Below the pieces are notes generated by a model. The model was given only the letters and a program-made list of their open reading frames with translations, made no database searches and had not been told where the DNA came from. A program made the position numbers and the translations under genes. From IMG/VR virus record IMGVR_UViG_3300028920_000023: DNA of 64,000 nucleotides; one strand, written 5' to 3'. Shown here piece after piece: positions 55,054 to 63,922 of the stretch. Numbering within the stretch: the first letter of the stretch is position 1; each line of letters opens with the position of its first letter. The stretch is from a virus. Taxonomy: Duplodnaviria > Caudoviricetes.

Positions 55054-55461
55054 TCATTTGCTAAAAATTAGGCAATAAGATCTGCCATATTCTTCCACTG
55101 CAGAACGAAATGAGAACGGTACTATAATCCTCAGATTATCGTATTCCTCAATCTCGCTCTCCGAGAGTGAGCCGTTCTCGGTAATTTCGTCGATCTCGGC
55201 AATCTCTTCGTCTGATATAGCAATCTTAGATCGGTGCTTCTTAGAACCCAGTAGAACCTCTAGGGAGACGACTCTGACGAGCCTATAAGTGCCCCTTTTT
55301 GGCATATTTTTAAGCTTATGAATCATATCCCCCAGAGCTTCTGTAGCATATCGCCCAAGCTCGAGACTAGCACTATCAAGGAATATATCATGTTTTCTTT
55401 CTTTGTAGATCTCGAATTTAGCAGCAGATATTCGTTTTTTGATTTCCTTGATTTTCATCAA
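55054..55461 (-). CDS. hypothetical protein (135 aa)
   Basis: AGGAGG RBS. Confidence 0.7.
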   Translation of the reverse strand: MMKIKEIKKRISAAKFEIYKERKHDIFLDSASLELGRYATEALGDMIHKLKNMPKRGTYRLVRVVSLEVLLGSKKHRSKIAISDEEIAEIDEITENGSLSESEIEEYDNLRIIVPFSFRSAVEEYGRSYCLIFSK

Positions 55462-55529
55462 CCATCCTCCTAATTTTCAAACCCCGGCTCCAGCCGAGAG
55501 ACGTCCACAACGTCCCCAAGTGCTTAATC

Positions 55530-56810
55530 TCATTTGTTTACAGAACCTAACCACTGACAAACCAGATCAATGACCACCGGAAACTCACACTCCGGGTCAG
55601 AAAGGATCTCGGTCGAAGCACCAATCTCCAAAACGGCCTTAGTCTTGATATTGTCTATCTTGAAGCTGGTCCCAGAACGGTGGCTTAAAGCAAAGCATAG
55701 ATCCAAGATCTTCTGGCTTTGATCTCCACTAAGGGACCTCGGCCACTGCACCAGCGCAATCGTGCCCTTCTCATAAGCTTCTACCTTGAAGTGAACAGGA
55801 CCATAATCCAAGGTCATTCGCGTAAATTTCCCAGTAAACTGCCCATAATGTTTAGTTGATCCAAGAATTTCGGTTGCCAGACCGTATTCCGAGAGCAGCT
55901 TGTTCCCAACCGCCCTAGCCAGATCAGACGCACCTTCCTCAACTGTCATCGACTTGCCTAGCCTGGGTTTAATCTTCTCGTTGCGAATATACTTAAGCGG
56001 GTTCTTTACCAGCTTGCACAACTCCACCAGCTGGTCCTCAGTGATCCTGCCCTCTTCCTCGAAGTGATCCATGAACTGTAATGCACCTACAGACTTCTTG
56101 ACAGCAACTCTGCAATCTTCAAAGGTCGGATTCCTAAAATACCGTATTGCTAATCCAGACTTCTTTAGAGCAGCCTGTTCAAGTTCGTCTGTGCGGTTCT
56201 CTTTCCTGATCCGCTGCAGCGCGTTGTAATTCTGTTTAATCGCAGCAAGCTTGATTGCCTCTGGCGGATTCCTGATATGCTGTATAGCATAACCATTTTG
56301 CTTTACTGCCGCTAATTTGACATCTTCCGAAAGACTCTCGATACACCGTATAGCAGTGCCATCTTGCTTTACTGCCGCTAATTTGACAGCTTCCGACGGA
56401 TTCTCGATATACTGTAGAGCAGTGCCGTTTTGCTTTACTGCTGCTAATTTGACAGCTTCCGACGGATTCTCGATACGCTGTAGAGCGTCAACACATTGCT
56501 TTACTGCTGCTATTTTGACATCTTCCGAAGGATTCTCAATATGTCGTATAACGTCACCGTGTCGATTTACCGCTGCTAATTTGACAGCTTCCGAAGGATT
56601 CTCAATATGTCGTATAACGTCACCGTTTTGCTTTACCGCTGCTAATTTGACATCTTCCGAAGGATTCTCGATATACTGTATAGCGTCACCATGTCGATTT
56701 ACTGCTGCTAATTTGACAGCTTCTGACGGATTCTTAATTTCTGTTATGACATCGGATTTGGAATGCCAACTCCGGACCTTCTTTAGCTGCTCAGCTTCGG
56801 ACAGGGCCAT
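55530..56810 (-). CDS. DUF4116-like 24-aa repeat protein with unique C-terminal domain
   Basis: About 7 NPSE(A/D)VKLAAVxxxGxxIxxIE repeats. Confidence 0.85.
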   Translation of the reverse strand: MALSEAEQLKKVRSWHSKSDVITEIKNPSEAVKLAAVNRHGDAIQYIENPSEDVKLAAVKQNGDVIRHIENPSEAVKLAAVNRHGDVIRHIENPSEDVKIAAVKQCVDALQRIENPSEAVKLAAVKQNGTALQYIENPSEAVKLAAVKQDGTAIRCIESLSEDVKLAAVKQNGYAIQHIRNPPEAIKLAAIKQNYNALQRIRKENRTDELEQAALKKSGLAIRYFRNPTFEDCRVAVKKSVGALQFMDHFEEEGRITEDQLVELCKLVKNPLKYIRNEKIKPRLGKSMTVEEGASDLARAVGNKLLSEYGLATEILGSTKHYGQFTGKFTRMTLDYGPVHFKVEAYEKGTIALVQWPRSLSGDQSQKILDLCFALSHRSGTSFKIDNIKTKAVLEIGASTEILSDPECEFPVVIDLVCQWLGSVNK

Positions 56811-56836
56811 TTTGTATCTCCTCCTGTGAACACAAC

Positions 56837-58045
56837 CTATTCCTCATCGAACATATCAGCAAGTTCGCTCAGAGCAGATTTCCTCTGCTTCAGCTCCGTA
56901 CTCTGCTTAGATAGTTCCCCATCCTTATTGAGCTTCAATGCTCCTTTCTTAAACCCCTGCAGATACAGGGGTAACTCCACAGGCTTATCAAACAAATTCT
57001 CAGCCACCAACCTATTCAGACGAAGAACATCAGCACCCTCACCGATACAGCGCCATTCCCCGTCCTGAAGAAGAAACTGACAACGAGGGTTGGCTACCTT
57101 CGTATAGGTGAACCGGGTCTGCGAAGATTGCACCATCATAGCAACTTTGTCAGGGTTCTCCGGATCCTTCCGGAGAACCCGACCAGCCATCTGCGTCGTA
57201 GGGAGCTTACAACTGTCCCTAACCCATGAGGTCTGCAAATACGGCGCATCAAACCCCTCAGTCAACAGATGGATATTAGCCAGAACCTGCACCGAATCAG
57301 AGCAATGAGGTCGACCCATCCGATATTCCCTCGACCACGTCTCGTGGGCCTCGAACAGGTCATCACGCTCACTCTCCGACAATTTACCATGCATAAACGC
57401 ACAACTCACGCCACCCTTCTCGAGTATAGAGATATATTCTCGACAAAGAGCCTCATTCTGGAAATAAATAACCGAGCTTCCCCATTTCTCCGGATCCATA
57501 AGCAAAGCATCAGCTGTGGACCGAGGAGTCCACTCCGGTAGAACATACTGGTCGAATTGGCTCAGATAACCCTGGTCGATGAGGAAACGTACACCGCAGT
57601 CCTTGATGATTTTGTTATAGCCAAGCTTCACACGGTCCGTCCTAAAAGGAGTCGCCGTAAGACCTATAGAATAGGTGGAGCCAGCCAGCTCGTGTATATT
57701 GGCGCAAGAAGAAGCAGCGTCGTGCTGTGCTTCGTCTGTTAGCACCAGATCTGCCTTCGGTGGATTCTTGTCGAACATGCTTACGAACGAGATATCTCTA
57801 ACGCCGATAGACTCGTTCTCTTCCCTTGCTTGAGCTAGCAGCTTCCTGCGCATGGCGACCCAAACAAAGCGCATAGAGGGATCGTGTTGCTTGAGTTTGT
57901 ACAGGATCTTTAGAGCCATTATTGTCTTGCCGGACCCAGTTGGGCTCTCTATGAGGATAGACTTGCTGTCGCCGGAGGCGATACAGTCAAATGCTTTTTC
58001 GACTATACGCTTCTGGTATGGTCTATCCTCCAAGACTCTCGCCAT
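56837..58045 (-). CDS. SF2 (DEAD/DEAH-like, ResIII-type) helicase
   Basis: SPTGSGKT; DEAQH; GLTATP; LTEGFDAP; QMAGRVLR. Confidence 0.9.
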   Translation of the reverse strand: MARVLEDRPYQKRIVEKAFDCIASGDSKSILIESPTGSGKTIMALKILYKLKQHDPSMRFVWVAMRRKLLAQAREENESIGVRDISFVSMFDKNPPKADLVLTDEAQHDAASSCANIHELAGSTYSIGLTATPFRTDRVKLGYNKIIKDCGVRFLIDQGYLSQFDQYVLPEWTPRSTADALLMDPEKWGSSVIYFQNEALCREYISILEKGGVSCAFMHGKLSESERDDLFEAHETWSREYRMGRPHCSDSVQVLANIHLLTEGFDAPYLQTSWVRDSCKLPTTQMAGRVLRKDPENPDKVAMMVQSSQTRFTYTKVANPRCQFLLQDGEWRCIGEGADVLRLNRLVAENLFDKPVELPLYLQGFKKGALKLNKDGELSKQSTELKQRKSALSELADMFDEE

Positions 58046-58376
58046 CTGTATCCTCCTCGGCTGTTGTGGCCTTCTCGTAGTCCTCCTGCATGAGAGCCAT
58101 CAGGCGTTTGGTTCTTTGCCATATCGCGTTGAGCTCGGAATGATAGTTCCGAACCTGTAGTCTTGTTTCTTTCTTCAGGTACTTCTGGTCGGCCAGCAAC
58201 TTCTCGAATGCAGCCATGAGGTCATCAGCGTAGTTGGCCAACTCCGGCGCATCCTCGATCATCGTCTGCAGTGCTTCTTCGATTTCTTTCTTAGTTGGTT
58301 GCTCTGGCGGGATGATTTGTGTAATTCTAGCCCAGTTATCTGGTGTGCCACCAAAGCATATTCGGTTTTTGCTCAT
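58023..58376 (-). CDS. hypothetical protein (117 aa)
   Basis: AAGGAG RBS. Confidence 0.7.
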   Translation of the reverse strand: MSKNRICFGGTPDNWARITQIIPPEQPTKKEIEEALQTMIEDAPELANYADDLMAAFEKLLADQKYLKKETRLQVRNYHSELNAIWQRTKRLMALMQEDYEKATTAEEDTDGESLGG

Positions 58377-58464
58377 TGTGCGCTCCTTGCATGCATAAGA
58401 GACAGCCCATCACAGACAGGCTGTCTCTCGTATCTCCGTTGCGGATCGTGTACAGGAGTGCGTT

Positions 58465-58947
58465 TTAGTCTCCGACCGAGACCAGCTTGTAGGCCGGGGC
58501 TTTGTCGGTGGACTTGGCGAGCTTCTTGTAGAAGTATTCGCCCACGTCCTGGATCTGTCCTTTTTCCTCGCCGACCTGACGCGGGGCGTTTCCCTTGGCG
58601 CAGGAAAAGCCGTTCTTCTTCAAGAAGACGCGGCGGTGGTGGGGAGTGGTATCCAGGGGCTCGCGCAATTCGGCAGGAGCCTTGACATACTTCGAGATGG
58701 AACCGTAAAGATTGAAGGTCCGCACGATACCGTCCTCGAGTTCGGCTACGGCCTTACAGCCGCACTTCTGGTCGAAGTTGGCGTTGCGGTAGGCGATTAT
58801 CCTCTGGGGCGTGTCGGCTAATTGGGTTTTGCTCACCGTGGTCGGTCGTTTTCGACCCGGCAACAGCACCTTCACTTGCTCACCCTTGTCCTCGATGACA
58901 CGGACAAAGATATTCTTGTCTGCGAGATAGGCGTATTGCTGCTTCAT
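58465..58947 (-). CDS. hypothetical protein, SH3-like N-terminus
   Basis: GGAGG RBS; FVRVIEDKGEQVKVLL pattern. Confidence 0.75.
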   Translation of the reverse strand: MKQQYAYLADKNIFVRVIEDKGEQVKVLLPGRKRPTTVSKTQLADTPQRIIAYRNANFDQKCGCKAVAELEDGIVRTFNLYGSISKYVKAPAELREPLDTTPHHRRVFLKKNGFSCAKGNAPRQVGEEKGQIQDVGEYFYKKLAKSTDKAPAYKLVSVGD

Positions 58948-59504
58948 GGTACATCCTCCAAAAAAGAGTGAAAAAGAATCTCGTCGCCTCGCCGACGAGG
59001 TTGTATCGTCATCCTACGGTGCCGCCAGGGGGTATTCTCACTAGATCCTCATCTTAACCACCTCCACAAACCACAATGCCCAATTAGAAAACACACGCGC
59101 CAAACCACGCGCCTCTCGATACCGCCAGAGAAAAATCAAGAATAATCTACATCTCTACCCCTCCGTAAGCCATTGCGATTAAACTCATCCCGTGCGCAAA
59201 CCGCACCATCCTGCTCCGATCGTGTCGTGGCGCGCAGCTTCGTCCGGCGTCCTCTGCCGTACGGGAATGCCAGATATCCAAACGCCTTCTGCTACTAGCC
59301 AAAGCCTCCCATTTCTCTTGACCCGAGAACAAGATTTTGCTTTTCTTCGCTGGTCGTGTCATGGCGGGCGGCTCGGTACGGCGTCCTTACGTCTTGATAT
59401 GGGTATTCTTACTTCGGGTATTTCTATAAGTGTAATAAGAATTAACTACACCTTTACAGGACAGAATAAGAGGATAACAGTAGCCCCCACAGGAGATACC
59501 GGAC

Positions 59505-60224
59505 ATGCCAGACGCGATACGAGAAGGTCAATACGTCACTCTAAAGGGGCAAGACGACACTCGGCTAGAGGGCGTTTACGAGGTACTGGGTATCCCAATG
59601 GACGATGGGAAACCAAGCAAGCACGCTTTGCGAGTTAAGACCCCACATGGAACAATAATACGCATTCACAAAAGCAGAGTAGATAGCATAGCCAACCAGC
59701 CAGGAAAGGAAGAAGAAATGCCGGAAGAAACCGCAGAAGCCACAGAAGCCACAAAGCAAGAACAAACGCCAGAAATCCAGGCGGAGCCAGAAGCCAAAAC
59801 AAGTCCAAAGAAAGCAAAAAAGAAGACCAAGAAAGCCAAAGCAAAACCAGAAGCAAAACCAGAACCAGAACCCTTCGATCTCAAACAATTCGCAGTAGAA
59901 AACGGTGGAGTATTATTCAGCAAAAGATGTAACTTCGACCATAAGAAATACAAAGTGCACAGCCACTGTGTAATCGATACCAGCAAAAAAGTATTTTATT
60001 GTTTCAACACATACACCAAATCCAATGGCGTAGTAACCCTAGGGAGTAAAGCCAAACCAATGGCCTACCCCCTGAAGGGTAAGAAAATGAACAAAGTCAA
60101 AATCTGCAAGAAAACCGGCGAAAAAGAAACAATATCCTCACGTGGTACCAAGACCGCCGAAGAAATCATGATCAGCTATAAAAAGAAAGGCTACAAAGAA
60201 GCAGATCTAGCAGTCACAGCATAA
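59505..60224 (+). CDS. hypothetical protein with histone-like Lys/Ala/Pro linker
   Basis: AGGAG RBS; KKAKKKTKKAKAKPEAKPEPE. Confidence 0.8.
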   Translation: MPDAIREGQYVTLKGQDDTRLEGVYEVLGIPMDDGKPSKHALRVKTPHGTIIRIHKSRVDSIANQPGKEEEMPEETAEATEATKQEQTPEIQAEPEAKTSPKKAKKKTKKAKAKPEAKPEPEPFDLKQFAVENGGVLFSKRCNFDHKKYKVHSHCVIDTSKKVFYCFNTYTKSNGVVTLGSKAKPMAYPLKGKKMNKVKICKKTGEKETISSRGTKTAEEIMISYKKKGYKEADLAVTA

Positions 60225-60241
60225 TATTTCCTGGAAGGAAA

Positions 60242-60300
60242 GTCCCCGTGGCCTAAAGGACAAGGCAGCTGACTTGTATAATTGGGAGCCAGTTGCTTTG
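60242..60300 (+). other. tRNA-like 5' half (pseudo-tRNA)
   Basis: GTCCCCG TG GCCT aaaggaca AGGC A: acceptor 5' strand and D-arm, no T-arm. Confidence 0.45.
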
Positions 60301-60331
60301 CGTGGACTATATCTTCCAGATGATTCACCAA

Positions 60332-60409
60332 GTCCCCGTAGCTCAGCCAGGATAGAGCATCTGTCTTCTAAACAGAATGTCGAAGGTTCGAATCCTTCCG
60401 GGGATGCCA
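60332..60409 (+). tRNA. tRNA-Arg (anticodon UCU)
   Basis: Full cloverleaf: GTCCCCG/CGGGGAT acceptor, GCTC/GAGC D stem, TCTGT-CTTCTAA-ACAGA anticodon arm, GAAGG-TTCGAAT-CCTTC T arm, encoded CCA. Confidence 0.95.
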
Positions 60410-60429
60410 GTTCGAATCAAATTTAATAT

Positions 60430-60564
60430 ATGCTAGACGAAATAAAAAGATTGCAGGAAGACGGCTTATCATCTCGACAAATACAAAAGATATTGTGTAT
60501 ATCGCCAGCTAGATTAGATAAAATTAAAGAATCTGGCAAGATTAAATTTGTTATAAAATTATAA
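60430..60564 (+). CDS. small HTH peptide (44 aa, not in the ORF track)
   Basis: MLDEIKRLQEDGLSSRQIQKILCISPARLDKIKES...; AT-rich. Confidence 0.45.
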   Translation: MLDEIKRLQEDGLSSRQIQKILCISPARLDKIKESGKIKFVIKL

Positions 60565-60605
60565 AGACACAATTTACTAAAATAACAATCAGAACCTTGA
60601 TGACA

Positions 60606-60632
60606 GTCGAAGGTTCGAGTCCTGGCGGGGAT
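60606..60632 (+). repeat. imperfect duplicate of the tRNA-Arg 3' end
   Basis: 24/27 nt identical to 60379-60405. Confidence 0.75.
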
Positions 60633-60664
60633 ATGCTCCTCAAAGATACAAAGAGGAGACAAAC

Positions 60665-61033
60665 ATGCGCGACATAATCGACGAAATGCTAATCGAAATC
60701 CATAACGAAAACAAAATACTAGAAGCAACAGAAAGATTATATCCAAAACTCAAACTGCTAGAATCAACCAAAAGAATAATAACCGAAGGAAGATTATTCA
60801 AAAGATACCTAGCCTACCTCCTAACAAGATACAACGTATTCAAGAAACCAATCACCGCCATAGACATGCGCAAAGCAATAGAAAACGTCCTCAAAGCTCA
60901 ACAAGAAGGAATGGACTGGTCTGACGAAGAACTACAATCCCTAATAACAGACCACATATCAGACGAAGGAATAATCGGAAGCTTATTCCGAGAATTGAAT
61001 AAAAGAAAAATACCCTACATCCTACCAAAATGA
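60665..61033 (+). CDS. hypothetical protein (122 aa)
   Basis: GAGGAG RBS. Confidence 0.75.
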   Translation: MRDIIDEMLIEIHNENKILEATERLYPKLKLLESTKRIITEGRLFKRYLAYLLTRYNVFKKPITAIDMRKAIENVLKAQQEGMDWSDEELQSLITDHISDEGIIGSLFRELNKRKIPYILPK

Positions 61034-61407
61034 GGATTACCAAAAATACCAACCAAAACATCTAAATCCACACACTTAGGCATATAAGCACTAGGCTTCA
61101 CAACCCACCTTGGCTTAGAATGAAAAGAAGGATCATATTTAGACCTAGGAACATAATCGCTATTCGGATTATACTGCACCACCTCGGCATACCCCATATC
61201 GACATACAGGTCCACGGCTTCCTCGTACGACAAACCATGCTCATGCATAAGGATCTCAACAGCTGAAGACATCTCCTCTTCTATAATGCGGTTGGTCTCC
61301 TCGTCCGTGAGAGGACGGCAGATATGGCCACATTCAAGGACCGGGTCGTCCTTTTCAAAGCCTACTGTTTCCTTTATTTCGTCGCAGTGTTTACAATATA
61401 TCTTCAT
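61015..61407 (-). CDS. Zn-ribbon-containing hypothetical protein
   Basis: CKHC...CGH; GGAG RBS. Confidence 0.65.
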   Translation of the reverse strand: MKIYCKHCDEIKETVGFEKDDPVLECGHICRPLTDEETNRIIEEEMSSAVEILMHEHGLSYEEAVDLYVDMGYAEVVQYNPNSDYVPRSKYDPSFHSKPRWVVKPSAYMPKCVDLDVLVGIFGNPHFGRM

Positions 61408-61453
61408 TGTTGCTCCTCCAGACCCTTGGTATCGTGTCTGCACAGAGAACAAA

Positions 61454-61735
61454 TTAATTGCACTTCAGATCGCTCGGCTTCGCATTCCCTTTCCTTGGGC
61501 AATTACCCGAGGCAGCACTGACGCGATTCGGGACAATAGGCTCGGTCACAAAACCAGCCTCATTAGCGACATCACAACCGCAGCCAGTAACGAGGGCATA
61601 CTGTTCACATACCCTAGAGCCAGCTTGTATGTACTTGCTTAGAAGCAGATCATAATTTTGTTTGTTAGTGCCGCCAATGAGTGCTTTGGTGGGTCTTCTT
61701 TCGGGAAGTATCGGACAACCGGTTAGGTCTGGCAT
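61454..61735 (-). CDS. Cys-rich hypothetical protein
   Basis: AGGGAG RBS; several cysteines. Confidence 0.55.
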   Translation of the reverse strand: MPDLTGCPILPERRPTKALIGGTNKQNYDLLLSKYIQAGSRVCEQYALVTGCGCDVANEAGFVTEPIVPNRVSAASGNCPRKGNAKPSDLKCN

Positions 61736-61738
61736 CTT

Positions 61739-61912
61739 TTACTCCCTTACAATAGCTTTTTTGGGTAGTTGTTCTCTGGTTGCTTTCCAGACTCCTGTTT
61801 TTAGGAATTTGTAATAATATTCTTGTTTTAGACTTCCATCTTTGTCATATTCTGGTATACGCCACCAGGGGTGTCTTGATGTTCCTTTTGATATTTTCTC
61901 ATTCTTGCCCAT
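61739..61912 (-). CDS. hypothetical basic protein (57 aa)
   Basis: Starts 1 nt after the previous stop. Confidence 0.55.
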   Translation of the reverse strand: MGKNEKISKGTSRHPWWRIPEYDKDGSLKQEYYYKFLKTGVWKATREQLPKKAIVRE

Positions 61913-61913
61913 C

Positions 61914-62216
61914 TTAAAGCCCAGGAACAATGTCCCCGGCAGATGCTCCTGTGGCTTTCACGATCTTCCTAAGAGAATCTACCGAAGGATCTCGATGCAC
62001 ATCGTCCTTCTTGCTCTTATATCGTGAAACCGTGCTCGGATGCAGCCCAGCCTTCTGGGCTATATCTTGCTGAGTTTCCCCAGAATTGACATAAGCACGT
62101 TTGATCTTGGATATTTCATCATCTCGCACTTTTCTCTTGGTGTCTTTCACGCTTTTCCCGTCCTCTTCCTCAGAAAGAGAAACAAGACCCTGCGTATGAA
62201 GTTCATATAATTTCAT
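61914..62216 (-). CDS. XRE/Cro-like helix-turn-helix protein
   Basis: TQQDIAQKAGLHPSTVSRY...PS...L.KI. Confidence 0.85.
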   Translation of the reverse strand: MKLYELHTQGLVSLSEEEDGKSVKDTKRKVRDDEISKIKRAYVNSGETQQDIAQKAGLHPSTVSRYKSKKDDVHRDPSVDSLRKIVKATGASAGDIVPGL

Positions 62217-62300
62217 AATTGTCTCCTCACCTTATTTTTGAACCAGAAGCACCTTTTAAGAGCATATAAGAAAGATATTATATAACAAAAGGAGAACATT

Positions 62301-62753
62301 ATGGTAGCACCAAAAGAAAAACACAAAGACTGTCGGTGCCTTCGCTGCGAAAAACACGTTCAAAAAATGCTAGACGAGCATGGCTGGATAGTGGATCTCA
62401 TCAGAGATGGTGACAAACCAAACTTCCATAGCCATTATCTAGAAAGCTACCTTGGACACAAGGACATCCAATTAGTCTATCCTTTACCCGACAATCTAGT
62501 CGGCGGGATCATGCACACCGTGGTGGGCAATATCAAAAAAGGAAGGAAGTATAAAGCTGGAGATATAACCAGCAGCGTTCTAGAGGGACTGGACGTACTG
62601 TTCGTAGAAGCCACAGAAACTGGACGTACAGTTCTGAGAATTATTCTACCAGATAAAGAAGGTAGACTCAAACCTGGGGAAATCATTAGTCCATACGATA
62701 TGCAATGGGACGAGAACGTGAAAATTCCTGAGGCCTACCAGAAAATCGACTAA
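62301..62753 (+). CDS. DUF4262-like protein
   Basis: NFHSH...GH.DIQLV...LRIILPD..G; AAAGGAG RBS. Confidence 0.7.
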   Translation: MVAPKEKHKDCRCLRCEKHVQKMLDEHGWIVDLIRDGDKPNFHSHYLESYLGHKDIQLVYPLPDNLVGGIMHTVVGNIKKGRKYKAGDITSSVLEGLDVLFVEATETGRTVLRIILPDKEGRLKPGEIISPYDMQWDENVKIPEAYQKID

Positions 62754-62780
62754 GTAAATATCCTAAAAAGGAGATTTATT

Positions 62781-63230
62781 ATGTCGATGAAAGACATTCG
62801 CGTAGTCAATACCAACAGTCTACGCGGCAGAGTGAATCGTAAAGTGAACGGGCACAACACTCAGGTAGCTAGGCCAGATACGACCGTTATCCAACAACGT
62901 GGGGAACACGAGATTGGTGCTCGTGTGATCAGTTCCGAACCAAATAAGATGATGATCGGCTCGGAATGGAAATGCAAGAAAGACAAATTGGATTATCCAG
63001 AATTCTGCACGGTGATAGAGACTAATCAAAGATTCGTAATATTCGCGGTCAAAGCTGAGGTTGATTCGGATCTACCTGCTAATATCTATTCGTTTGATTC
63101 TAGATTGTTTGTCAGACTTTACGAGCCATTGAAGGAACAGAGTAATGCACGCAGATCAGCTAAACAAATTGCTACGGAAAGCTCTGAGACAGAAGGGTCT
63201 AAGGGGGATAATGAGCCTAAGGGAAGCTAG
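62781..63230 (+). CDS. hypothetical protein (149 aa)
   Basis: AAAGGAG RBS. Confidence 0.7.
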   Translation: MSMKDIRVVNTNSLRGRVNRKVNGHNTQVARPDTTVIQQRGEHEIGARVISSEPNKMMIGSEWKCKKDKLDYPEFCTVIETNQRFVIFAVKAEVDSDLPANIYSFDSRLFVRLYEPLKEQSNARRSAKQIATESSETEGSKGDNEPKGS

Positions 63231-63402
63231 ACAAATCAGAGCAGAAATATTAGAGGCCCACAAAAAGCATATCGAAAATCATAAGGTGAGTATCGAGTTC
63301 AGTCCTGTCCATAGCGTTGGGGAGAATCCCCAGTGTGATGCAGATAGGACTAAGATTATTGTTGTTCCGCTAGAGACGGATACTGTAAAGTTCAAGACTT
63401 AG
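63211..63402 (+). CDS. hypothetical protein (63 aa)
   Basis: AAGGGGG RBS + ATG at 63211. Confidence 0.5.
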   Translation: MSLREARQIRAEILEAHKKHIENHKVSIEFSPVHSVGENPQCDADRTKIIVVPLETDTVKFKT

Positions 63403-63922
63403 ATTGGTTTCTTCTAGCTATTCCAGACAGGTATGAACAAAGCCAGAAGTATCCGTCTTTGATCCATTCGGCGTCTTTGAGTGCGTCATGCGCGCCTTCT
63501 TCTTGTTTTGGTAGTTTGTCTCTGGTTATTCCGTAGGCGTTTAGTGATTGCATGAGGTCCAGGCATAATTTTGGGAAGTGTTTTGGTAGTTTGTACATGG
63601 GTCCGAATAACCAACAGAAGTTTACCCAGTCATAATCTGCGAAGTATCCCCAGAATAGTGGGTTTTCGTCTTTGCCTATGAAGTCGAGTATTTCGTCTCT
63701 TATTTGTGTTCTGGTTTTCCATTGGTCTTTTGGTGGTAGTTTGGGTAGGACTTCTCTCATTAGGAAGTTGTGTTTTTTAGCTGCTTCGTAATCGAATTCT
63801 TTGCTAACTGCGTAATATTTCTTTTTGCCGGTTTCACAGACGATCCCTATGCTTATTAGTTCTATTCTTCCTCCGGTTGCGTCTGGCATTTCGTGAAATT
63901 CGGTGTCTATGAAGTACCTCAT
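63392..63922 (-). CDS. DEDDh 3'-5' exonuclease (RNase AS / Rv2179c-like)
   Basis: YFIDTEF..ELISIGIV; YDWV..CWLFG.M..LP; HDAL.DA. Confidence 0.9.
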   Translation of the reverse strand: MRYFIDTEFHEMPDATGGRIELISIGIVCETGKKKYYAVSKEFDYEAAKKHNFLMREVLPKLPPKDQWKTRTQIRDEILDFIGKDENPLFWGYFADYDWVNFCWLFGPMYKLPKHFPKLCLDLMQSLNAYGITRDKLPKQEEGAHDALKDAEWIKDGYFWLCSYLSGIARRNQSKS

